In this document: positions 6,575 to 14,262 of the stretch, piece after piece
Numbering within the stretch: the first letter of the stretch is position 1
Layout of the letters: each line of letters opens with the position of its first letter
NCBI GenBank assembly: GCA_963718895.1
Contig: CAVRAG010000011.1
Coordinates: 1-15,143 of the forward strand
DNA length: 15,143 nt
Direction: 5' to 3'
Source of the DNA: an uncultured Nitrososphaerota archaeon
GTDB lineage: Archaea; Thermoproteota; Nitrososphaeria; Nitrososphaerales; Gagatemarchaeaceae
The notes under the pieces: generated by a model
Database searches by the model: none
Seen by the model: the letters and a program-made list of their open reading frames with translations, nothing else
Told to the model about the DNA's origin: nothing
Made by a program: the position numbers and the translations under genes

Positions 6575-7881
6575 GTTGGAAGTTTAACCACAACCTCCGA
6601 GTCCGGTAGCTGCGCGACATACTCCCATCCTTGGCTGACGTGCGACTTCAACTCGCTGGCCGGGATTATCTTCTGCCTGTTCCCGTTGTTGGTCATGACC
6701 CCGAGCAACCTCCGACGCAACAGGTCCTGGAAGTCTTCGTTGGTCATCTTGTTTAGGTCCAGCTTCTCGAGTTCCTCTTCCTTGGCGCCTGCCGCAAGAA
6801 GCAGCTGCTCCCTGAGCACGTTCTTCAGGTTCTCTTGGGATATTCCCTTCTGCTTCTCAGTGGACAGAAGAGGCTCGCACTTCCTGTAAGCGTCTCGCAT
6901 CTTCTCTATAGCGTCCTGGGTTATCCCCTTGTTCACGGTGTACGTCGCTTCGATATCTCCCACGTGGCCCATCCAGAATTCCCTCCAATCTCTTATGATC
7001 AGGCCGTCTCCCTCGGCCATCATCATCCTAACGTCGAAGTATCTGCGCAGGACGTAGGGCCGCCAATCGAACCCCGCCTTCCTGATCGGTTTCCTGATGA
7101 TGTCTCCAATGTTTATCGAGGTGATATGCTTGCGCCCCACATCTTCAGGCCTGACGTACTTTCCCTTCCTCTCGTGGAACGTGATCACCGGCGATTCTGG
7201 TAGGAGGTCTTCTCCCTTTCGCAATCTCCACTCTAGATATTCTTGTAAATATTGACAGCCCTCCTGCGCCAAAAATGTGAAGTACTGATGACCGGCCTTG
7301 CTGAGGGTCTTCCTTGCGATCACCATGGTCGGCATCTTCGTTACGATTACCTTGCCGTTCTCGACCTTGACCTCGGGGAGGTCTTTCATCTTCAGGCCGT
7401 CGTCACCCGTGTAGTTACCGAGGACCTCGATACGGCACCCGCCAAAAGCGACCAGCGAGCAGGCGACCTTCGCCCTCAACTCCGCGGCGTTGAGTATCTT
7501 CTTCAGCTCTTCTTGCGTCGGCGGCCTTTCGTTCTCCACCTTCGTGGGCTGTGACCGCGGTATCTTGATTGCCCTCGTGATCTGGGTATCGTTCCAGGCC
7601 AGCCAGCTCTTCAACGGCTTCACGATGTTGGAGATGTAATTCCCGCTCCTCCCCTCCTTCTCAAGCGTTCCAATCACATCCAAGAGGAAGTCCGTGGCTT
7701 GCTTCTGGCTCATCTTAGCGATCTTTTGCGGTGTCGTCTCGAACCTCGCGCAGACGAATCCTATCCTGCGGAACCATTCCTGGGCGGTGACGAGGCTCCC
7801 TCTCGTCACGTTGTCGTACCATCTCCGGAAGTCCTTGTCATCGAGCATCTGCTTGTACTTCGAGCGTCCTAGGTCCTTCAT
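6571..7881 (-). CDS. Tyrosine recombinase / site-specific integrase (436 aa, intact)
   Basis: Catalytic set: R in GGCRIEV, YVLRRYF (Y at the first position of HxxR), WMGH and Tyr in EATY. N-terminal core-binding-like region and a ~90-aa C-terminal extension. Adjacent to a tRNA. Confidence 0.93.
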   Translation of the reverse strand: MKDLGRSKYKQMLDDKDFRRWYDNVTRGSLVTAQEWFRRIGFVCARFETTPQKIAKMSQKQATDFLLDVIGTLEKEGRSGNYISNIVKPLKSWLAWNDTQITRAIKIPRSQPTKVENERPPTQEELKKILNAAELRAKVACSLVAFGGCRIEVLGNYTGDDGLKMKDLPEVKVENGKVIVTKMPTMVIARKTLSKAGHQYFTFLAQEGCQYLQEYLEWRLRKGEDLLPESPVITFHERKGKYVRPEDVGRKHITSINIGDIIRKPIRKAGFDWRPYVLRRYFDVRMMMAEGDGLIIRDWREFWMGHVGDIEATYTVNKGITQDAIEKMRDAYRKCEPLLSTEKQKGISQENLKNVLREQLLLAAGAKEEELEKLDLNKMTNEDFQDLLRRRLLGVMTNNGNRQKIIPASELKSHVSQGWEYVAQLPDSEVVVKLPT

Positions 7882-7890
7882 CGCGCCCTA

Positions 7891-7919
7891 GTTACGCTAG
7901 ATTCGCGTATAAACGTAAC
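7891..7919 (-). promoter_or_regulatory. Integrase promoter: TATA box inside an inverted repeat
   Basis: TTTATA on the minus strand at 7913-7908, 27-32 nt before ATG 7881, bracketed by GTTACG (7891-7896) and CGTAAC (7914-7919). Confidence 0.6.
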
Positions 7920-7937
7920 GGTTGTGAACTAAGTTGA

Positions 7938-8034
7938 TGGTGGGGCCGGTGAGATTTGAACTCACGGTCGCCTGCACTTTGGCCCGCTACCGGGCCCCCA
8001 AGCAGGAATCTTGACCATACTAGACTACGGCCCT
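7938..8034 (-). tRNA. tRNA-Pro(GGG) with encoded CCA and a 19-nt intron
   Basis: Hand-folded cloverleaf: acceptor GGGCCG/CGGCCC, D stem GTCT/AGAT, anticodon stem CCTGC/GCAGG, loop TT-GGG-G|T (anticodon at 7999-7997), T arm GTGAG-TTCAAAT-CTCAC, ACCA end. Confidence 0.95.
7977..7995 (-). other. Canonical 37/38 tRNA intron forming a bulge-helix-bulge
   Basis: Intron GCCCGGTAGCGGGCCAAAG. TTGG (32-35) pairs with CCAA, bulges are GG|G and AG|T, and the outer helix is CCCG/CGGG with a GTAG loop. Confidence 0.92.
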
Positions 8035-8246
8035 AGTATGCGGGGCCTTTACGACACGGGTTCTTGTTCTTTTCTGATGAGATTGACACCATAGATCGCC
8101 GCCGGCTTGGGCCTGGGGTGCGGTGGAGGATTGAGTAGAGGCATCGTCGACAGAGATGGTATCGGAACGCCCAGTGCACCAAGGAACGAATCCGTCGTTT
8201 ACAGGCACAGGTTTTAGTAACCCTGAGCGCATCCACTCCGATCACC

Positions 8247-8597
8247 TTGCCTGATGACTACGTTGGCATCGGAAAAGGCGAGAGGGTGCTCGTCAGCCAA
8301 CCCAAAGTTGTTCCTGACAGGCTCCTCGAGAATCTCTCGACAGCTTTCAAGTCCAACGGAGATGTCGAAGAGGCCTTCTTTGGCCAGATTGACCTCGCCT
8401 CAAGACCTGACGGCTCCCACCTACTAGTTCAGGTGAAGTTTCGAGAGAGTTCCAAAGGAGGTCTGGCTTCTCTCGATTCAAGCATCAGAAGGGCTATCGA
8501 AGGTTCGCCCGGATTAGAATCGCCCGTGGATTTCGCGGTGGTGACTGACGGGCCATACCCTGGGACTAGGAGTTTCTACAAGCGCGAAGGCTTCTGA
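8247..8597 (+). CDS. Stand-alone SseB C-terminal-domain-like protein
   Basis: Pattern 'GERVLVSQPKVVPDRLLENLSTAF...VEEAFFGQI...HLLVQV' recalls SseB_C; 116 aa. Recognised by eye only. Confidence 0.6.
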   Translation: MPDDYVGIGKGERVLVSQPKVVPDRLLENLSTAFKSNGDVEEAFFGQIDLASRPDGSHLLVQVKFRESSKGGLASLDSSIRRAIEGSPGLESPVDFAVVTDGPYPGTRSFYKREGF

Positions 8598-8650
8598 CCA
8601 GAGACAGCGTCGCTCACACTCCTTAAATCGAGCGGACCGAATTCCGGCCC

Positions 8651-9646
8651 GTGGTCTATTTCATTCTGTCCGACGACCTCACGGGAGCAGCCGGGGTCGC
8701 GTCGATGGTGGACCGCTCAGCCGCCGTCGCTGTGAATCTGGACAGGTTTGACCGGAAGCTCGCCGGGGAGTTCGCCTGCATCGTCCTGAACCTGGAGATT
8801 CGGGAGAAGACCGGCGCGGAGGCAGCCCGGAGGCTTTCGCGGGCTATCGACGCCGTCGGCGAGAACCCGGTGGCGGTCAGGATGGACAGCGCGCTGCGGG
8901 GTCGCTTGCAGATGCTCGTGGGGACGATGCTCGAGAGGGGGAACGTACTGGTCACAGACACCATTCCCGAGTATGAGAGGCGCACGGTGTCAGGCAAGAC
9001 GTTCATCGGCCCTCAGCAGGGAGACATCGGCTCTCTGCTCTCTCCGCTGCGAGGCAAGTGGAAGGACCGGAGCATCACCATCGCCGATTCCGAGACCTAT
9101 GAAGACCTCGACGCCCTGGCCCAACGTTGCATCGCGGATGGTCTGATTCCCGTCGATCCGGGTCCGCTCGTGGCGAGGGTGGCCCGGGGCAGGCTCGGGC
9201 TTGGCGCGCCTGCCCTTCGCAGGGCTGGCAGGGAGGTCTCGAAAGTGGCCTTCGTGGTGGGCACCAGGGATCCCAGGAGCCTTGAGCAGGTCCGCCACAT
9301 GCGCAGCCTCGGGTTCCCGGTGCAGAAGCCCTGCGTCAAGAGTGCCGATGGGGTGGACGTCTTCTCGTTCTCCATTGGGAAGGAAGGACCTCTCGTGACG
9401 CGGGCTTTCCTGAATCATCTGACACACTACGACGCGCTGGTCCTCAGCGGCGGCGCCACGGCCAACTTCGTCCTCGAGCGATCCGGATTCAGCTATCTGG
9501 TGAGCGAGGGAGAGGTGCAACCGCTCGTCTCATCGAGCAGGGTGAAGGGGGGCCTGTTCGACGGGAAGACGGCGGTTCTGAAAGGAGGGTTTATCGGCGA
9601 CGAAGACGCGTACAAGACGATCTTGGACTGGTTGAGAAGAGAATGA
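8651..9646 (+). CDS. Four-carbon acid sugar kinase family protein (DUF1537; DtnK/OtnK-like)
   Basis: DDLTGA, DSALRG, IADSET, SGGATA and LKGGFIG motifs. ATGA overlap with pdxA. TTAAAT at 8623-8628 upstream. Confidence 0.85.
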   Translation: MVYFILSDDLTGAAGVASMVDRSAAVAVNLDRFDRKLAGEFACIVLNLEIREKTGAEAARRLSRAIDAVGENPVAVRMDSALRGRLQMLVGTMLERGNVLVTDTIPEYERRTVSGKTFIGPQQGDIGSLLSPLRGKWKDRSITIADSETYEDLDALAQRCIADGLIPVDPGPLVARVARGRLGLGAPALRRAGREVSKVAFVVGTRDPRSLEQVRHMRSLGFPVQKPCVKSADGVDVFSFSIGKEGPLVTRAFLNHLTHYDALVLSGGATANFVLERSGFSYLVSEGEVQPLVSSSRVKGGLFDGKTAVLKGGFIGDEDAYKTILDWLRRE

Positions 9647-10590
9647 TCGGGGTAACACTCGGCGACCCGGCGGGCATTGGCCCCGAGATAGTCGCAAAGT
9701 CCCTACCGAGCCTCAAGAGAGAGCAGCTGGTCCTGATAGGCAATCACGAGAACTTCCTGCGCGTCCTGTCCGACCTCCGCCTCGACGAGAAGAAGATCCG
9801 CGGCTACTCGTTCGTCGACATCCCAGGGGAGGGGGTGACCTACGGCCGCGTCCAGAAGGCGGCGGGGCAGATCGCCGTCCGGAGCATCGAGAAGGCGGTA
9901 GAGATGGCGATCAAAGGCGAGGTCGAGTCGATATCGACCGCCCCCATAAACAAGGAGGCGATAATGATGGCAGGATCGAAGTACGTAGACCACACGGCTA
10001 TGCTCTCCGGCCTCACTGGCTCGAGGGAGAACTTCACGGTCTTCGAGACGGGCGCGCTGCGCATCTTCTTCATGACCAAGCACGTCTCCCTCTCGAAGGC
10101 TCTCGTACAGATCACGAGGAAGCGCGTGCGCTCCTCGATCTTCGAAGCGAACGAGTCCCTCGCCATGCTCGGCGTGAAACGAAGGAGGATCGCCGTGGCT
10201 GCGCTGAACCCGCACGGGGGCGACGGAGGGCTCTTCGGGAGGGAGGAGATCGAGACGATAGCGCCGGCCATCAGGGACGCACAGAAGGAGCTGGACGTCT
10301 CCGGACCCTACCCAGCAGACTCCGTCTTCCACAGAGCCTCCGAGGGGGCGTTCGACATCGTCGTCGCGCTCTATCACGACCAGGGCCACATAGCGGCCAA
10401 GATGCTCGACTTTCACCGGACGGTGAGCCTTAACCTCGGCCTGCCGTTCCTGAGGACCTCGGCCGACCATGGGACGGCGTTCGACATCGCGGGGAAGGGT
10501 CTGGCCAACCCGGTGAGCATGGTCGAGGCCGTCAAGAAGGCCGCCAAGTATGGAAGGAGCTACCGGGCGAGGCGCGCCGAGCTCAGATGA
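9643..10590 (+). CDS. pdxA: 4-hydroxythreonine-4-phosphate / D-threonate-4-phosphate dehydrogenase (PdxA2-type context)
   Basis: GDPAGIGPE, TAPINKE, DHT, LNPHGGDGGLFG, YHDQGH and RTSADHGTAFDIAGKG. Confidence 0.95.
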   Translation: MIGVTLGDPAGIGPEIVAKSLPSLKREQLVLIGNHENFLRVLSDLRLDEKKIRGYSFVDIPGEGVTYGRVQKAAGQIAVRSIEKAVEMAIKGEVESISTAPINKEAIMMAGSKYVDHTAMLSGLTGSRENFTVFETGALRIFFMTKHVSLSKALVQITRKRVRSSIFEANESLAMLGVKRRRIAVAALNPHGGDGGLFGREEIETIAPAIRDAQKELDVSGPYPADSVFHRASEGAFDIVVALYHDQGHIAAKMLDFHRTVSLNLGLPFLRTSADHGTAFDIAGKGLANPVSMVEAVKKAAKYGRSYRARRAELR

Positions 10591-11359
10591 CTATCCCGAC
10601 GGTCTTCAGCAGGCCTGCGTAGTTTCCGTCTGACCTGTCCCTCTTGTACTCCTTCAGCGCCTCGAGGACCGCTTCCTGCCTCCTGATTCCCACGAGCCGC
10701 TTGACGAACGGGGCGCACCTCCCGCCGATGAGCAGGTACTGAGACGCCGTCGTGACGTTCTTCGGCGCTCTCCTCTGGCTCGCGGACTCGAAGTCGATGA
10801 TGTAGGGGATGTCGCCCGCCATGATCACGTGCTTTCTCAGGTCGCTGAGCTGGCCGTGGTCCAGGTCGATGAGGTCAAGCTTCCTGCACTGGTTCAGCAG
10901 CAGGTGCAGTATCTCGCGGGCCCGACCTCTCTTCCCCACCCCGCTTATCGATCTTAGGTGTTCCTCAAGGTCCTCGCCTTCGACCAGCTGCATGACCATG
11001 AAGTCCCTCGTCGCTGCGAAGGCCTGCGCGCCGACTCCGACCCTGTTCGCGATCTCGGTGAGCCTGAACTCCTCGAGCATGCTCTCCCTGTTGGCGTCGG
11101 TGCGCCTTATCTTCAGGGCATGGACCCTCCCATCGATTATCCCTCTGACGACCACGCTCACGGTGCCGATGCCGACGAGACCGAGCCTGCCTATCTTCGT
11201 CCTTCCCTCGAAGACGACCTCCTCGACTCCCAGCACTCCGAGCTGATCTATCCTGGACCGCGCCGCCTTCAGGTCCAGGCTGGGATAGGTGAGGACGTTG
11301 AGGTAAGGAGTCCTCGCGAACTCGTCCAGCCTAATCCGTTCCGATGCTGTCTGCGACAA
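10583..11359 (-). CDS. Archaeal RIO-like Ser/Thr kinase (COG2112-like)
   Basis: GIGTVSVV, ALKIRR, E...ANRVGVG, DHGQLS and IIDFESAS. Lies directly downstream of cca. Confidence 0.85.
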   Translation of the reverse strand: MSQTASERIRLDEFARTPYLNVLTYPSLDLKAARSRIDQLGVLGVEEVVFEGRTKIGRLGLVGIGTVSVVVRGIIDGRVHALKIRRTDANRESMLEEFRLTEIANRVGVGAQAFAATRDFMVMQLVEGEDLEEHLRSISGVGKRGRAREILHLLLNQCRKLDLIDLDHGQLSDLRKHVIMAGDIPYIIDFESASQRRAPKNVTTASQYLLIGGRCAPFVKRLVGIRRQEAVLEALKEYKRDRSDGNYAGLLKTVGIVI

Positions 11360-12666
11360 ATTCCTTTACTCCCTCGTCCAGCCATCCCTCCTCCGCCATC
11401 TCGCGGAGGATAGCCCTACCGGTCACGACTCTACCGCTCTTCCGGATGGCGGCGGCCACCTCGTGCGAGGCCCCCACCCTGTCAATCTCCGACGAGCGGA
11501 GCCCGGCGAGCAGGCTCTCCAGCTCGGTCTGCTTCCGTTCCTGGAGCAGGTGCACCTTCCCGTCCTCTCCGACCCAGACGAGCTCCGACCTAGCCCTGTT
11601 CTTCGAGATGAACCTCTTGACCTCCGCCGGCATCTCGACGCCCGGCCCGACACGCTCCTCCAGATCTGAGAGGCGTTCAGTCCCCGGGAGCAGTATTATG
11701 GCGCTCCTGTCAGAGTTGTTTGAGGCGGCTGAGGCCCTGATCGATCCTGAAGCCACGTTCCTCGGCGTACCTCACCAGCTGCTTCGTGCTCCTCTTGAGC
11801 TCTCCCCAGAGCGTGTCCTCGCTGAGGGGCCTGTGGTCGAAGCGGACCACATAGAGCCTCCCGACGAGGGCCCTCCTGACGCTTCTCCTGATGCCCGTGA
11901 AGTATGCGAGGTCCGGCCCCTCGAGGAAGGCTCTTGAGGCGAGGGTCATCTTCGCCACCGTCTCCCTGGAGATCGCCCTGGCGAGCTCTCGATCCATGTC
12001 GATTGGGTCCTTCAGGCTCAGGAGCGTCTCTCCGGCTGGTTTCAGGTCAGCGAAGAAGCGGAGGACCCCCTCGAAGCCGCCGTGATTGTGGACGAGCACC
12101 TCGGCCGCGTACCCGCTGAAGCCCTCGTTCTCAATCTCGGCTCCGTAGACCCCGACCGTCTTCATGAAGAGCTTCAGGAGCCTGACCTGCGTCCTCCTCT
12201 CCTCGTCCAGGTTTCTCTTCACGAACTCGACGTGGTACGGAGACCTGTCCGCGGCGCTCCTCCACTCTCCCGGCCTGACGTCGTAGCAGGGCACGATGTT
12301 CACCTTGACTCCGTCGACGGTCGCCTCCGTGTACGGGTGCTGGGCGTACTTCTTCCCGTGTCGGTACCCGCGGGCCGCTTCCCTGCCTACCTTGAGTCCG
12401 ACCGCCTCGAATCTCTCGCCGTCCGAATCTTCGGCGAATCTCAGGAAGACGTCGATGTCGGCTTCACCGCCCACGCGAGGAGACAGCCACGTCCCCTTCG
12501 CGAACGAACCACCCAGGATCACATCCTTGATCTCCCCGAAGGGAAGCGAAGCGGCCTCCACCTTCTTGAGGACCTTCTTGGCCACGCGATTGAGCCTGAC
12601 CTCTTCCTGAGGGCTCGGGATGACCCTCCTCCCCGCTTTCAAGAGGACGCTCTGGAGCTTTGTCAC
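11331..12666 (-). CDS. cca: Archaeal class I CCA-adding enzyme; one frameshift near 11742
   Basis: GGSFAKGTWL...DIDVF, YAQHPY, SAADRSPYH and GFSGY. Track ORFs 11710..12666 and 11331..11756 join as ...EERGFRI/IRASAASNN... Confidence 0.93.
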
Positions 12667-13225
12667 CCTAGAGCGTACTCCTTCACATCGGTGTATGTGG
12701 GACCGGCAGACGAGAGCACGCTCGATTTTAGCTTCAGGCTGGTTATCCTCGTCCCCCCGAGGTCACGACGGGAGTTCGACTGGAGGAGCGAGGTCAGAGC
12801 CCCGCTGTTGAGAGGGCTCCTCACTCTGGCCAGCGTAATGTGAGGGTGAAAGTCGTGGTCCTCCGGTTTCCCGACCCCTTCGAGGGCGGCGATGAAGGCC
12901 GAGGCGACACTGTTGATTGCCTGTTCGTTTTCGCGGGCGACACCGGCCCAGACGACCCTCGGCCGCCTCGGGTCAGGGAATGCACCGATCCCTCTCACGA
13001 GAACGTCGAAGCTGGACAACCTCAGTCCGCTGAGCCTTCTGTCTACCTCCTTAACTGTGTCCTCCGAGACCTCTCCCAGGAACTTCACCGTGAAGTGGAG
13101 GTTGTCCCTTCCGACGACGTTCAGATCTGCCGCGTGTCCTCTTGAGCTCCTCCTCGACGATCAGCAGCTTCTCGACGACTTCCTGCGAGACCTCAAATGC
13201 GAGAAATGCGCGCGTTCGTCTTCAC
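12663..13225 (-). CDS. thpR: RNA 2',3'-cyclic phosphodiesterase (2H family, 2'-5' RNA ligase); indels near 13130 and 13215
   Basis: The N-terminus RAFLAFEVSQEVVEKL is in an adjacent frame. Two HxT motifs (HFTVKF, HITLAR), plus GAFP...PRVVWAGV and GPTY. Confidence 0.9.
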
Positions 13226-13250
13226 CGCTGCTGCTTGCTCTCCCGGCGCG

Positions 13251-13284
13251 TTATTAAGCAGAATCCATTGAAAGACGCTTATTA
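13251..13284. promoter_or_regulatory. Divergent TATA-like boxes for the thpR-cca-kinase and P-loop kinase-DUF54 units
   Basis: TTAATAA (-) at 13257-13251, 26-32 nt from GTG 13225, and TTATTA (+) at 13279-13284 upstream of ATG 13317, in a GC-rich background. Confidence 0.5.
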
Positions 13285-13316
13285 CCACCCCTCCGACGGC
13301 GCTGAGGCATACCAAG

Positions 13317-13874
13317 ATGTTGATCATAGCCATCACAGGGATGCCAGGGGCTGGCAAGTCCACGGTGGCGCAGGCGCTGGGCGGGATCGGGCTGAGGAGG
13401 ATCGCGATGGGGGACATGATTCGGGAAGAGACCGGCCGGAGGGGTCTCCCGCTCGACGACAAGAACATGGGGATGGTGATGAAGGAGCTGAGGGGCACCT
13501 ACGGCGCCGGAGCGGTCGCCGAGCTCTGCCTCCGCAGCATCCAGTCGAAGGAAGGCGAGGCGGCGGTCGTGGTAGACGGGATAAGGTCGGTCGCGGAGAT
13601 AGAGATCTTCAGGAACGCAGGAGAGGTGAAACTGCTGGCCGTCCTCGCCTCCCCGAAGAGGAGGTTCGAGCTTCTCACCGCCAGAGGGCGGACCGACGCC
13701 CCTCCGGACCTCGAGAGCTTCAGAGCCAGGGACGAGAGGGAGCTGTCCATCGGGATAGGGAACGCGATATCTCTGGCCGACGAAGCGATCGTGAACGAGC
13801 ACATCACTCCCGACGAGCTGACCGACGTGGCGCTCAGTATCGCGGCCGGATGGATGAAGCCGCTTGGAAGATAG
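13317..13874 (+). CDS. UPF0200 / dephospho-CoA-kinase-like P-loop kinase
   Basis: GMPGAGKS Walker A, MGDMIRE, VVDGIRS, RGRTD and RDERELSIGIG. Confidence 0.88.
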   Translation: MLIIAITGMPGAGKSTVAQALGGIGLRRIAMGDMIREETGRRGLPLDDKNMGMVMKELRGTYGAGAVAELCLRSIQSKEGEAAVVVDGIRSVAEIEIFRNAGEVKLLAVLASPKRRFELLTARGRTDAPPDLESFRARDERELSIGIGNAISLADEAIVNEHITPDELTDVALSIAAGWMKPLGR

Positions 13875-14262
13875 CCCGGCGGTCGTCATCGTCCTCCACG
13901 CGGCGGTCTCACCCAGCGAGGATCCCGCGAAGGTCCTGGCGGCGGCGCAGAACGTCCTAGGGGAGTGCGCACACAGCGTCGAAGAGGGGGAGGCAGGGGT
14001 CACTCTCCGCTCGGCTGACCTGAACTGCCTCCGGAAGGTCCACGACCAGCTGAGGGACAGGCACGTGAGGGCTGCCGCGAACAGGCTCCTCCTGCGGATG
14101 CGAGACGGCCGAAGGGTGACGGTCCTCCTCAACAGACAGGCTGCGACGGCGGGTGTCGTGGCGCTGTGCACCAGCGCCACCGAGTCGCCGCTGGGCCCTC
14201 TCGTCCTGGAGATTGAGAGCGACAACCCTGAACGAGTGATCGACTGGCTGACCGTCTACTGA
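13864..14262 (+). CDS. DUF54 / UPF0201 putative RNA-binding protein
   Basis: PSEDPAKV, LNRQAA..G, ESPLGP and C-terminal IDWL. Usual neighbour of UPF0200. Confidence 0.85.
   Translation: MEDSPAVVIVLHAAVSPSEDPAKVLAAAQNVLGECAHSVEEGEAGVTLRSADLNCLRKVHDQLRDRHVRAAANRLLLRMRDGRRVTVLLNRQAATAGVVALCTSATESPLGPLVLEIESDNPERVIDWLTVY

Larger units (their letters stand above)
1..7965. mobile_element. Integrative genomic island or stacked ICE remnants at the tRNA-Pro 3' end (left boundary outside the window)
   Basis: A tyrosine integrase starts 57 nt from the tRNA CCA end. Cargo is a TA module, gene fragments and ORFan membrane proteins. GC is lower by eye than in the right half (a sampled 60-nt line was about 47% versus 60-70%). 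No second copy of the tRNA 3' end was seen in the window. Confidence 0.85.

Noticed and set aside
8028-8034. A1:C72 mismatch in the tRNA-Pro acceptor stem, suggesting 5' editing or an element-derived 3' end
   Set aside because: Restoring one G to the GGG run gives the normal G1-C72 pair, and homopolymer deletions are common in this window.
11710-11756. Split CCA-adding enzyme or programmed frameshift
   Set aside because: No slippery heptamer is visible, one base removal restores a normal-length enzyme, and neighbouring genes show the same error type.
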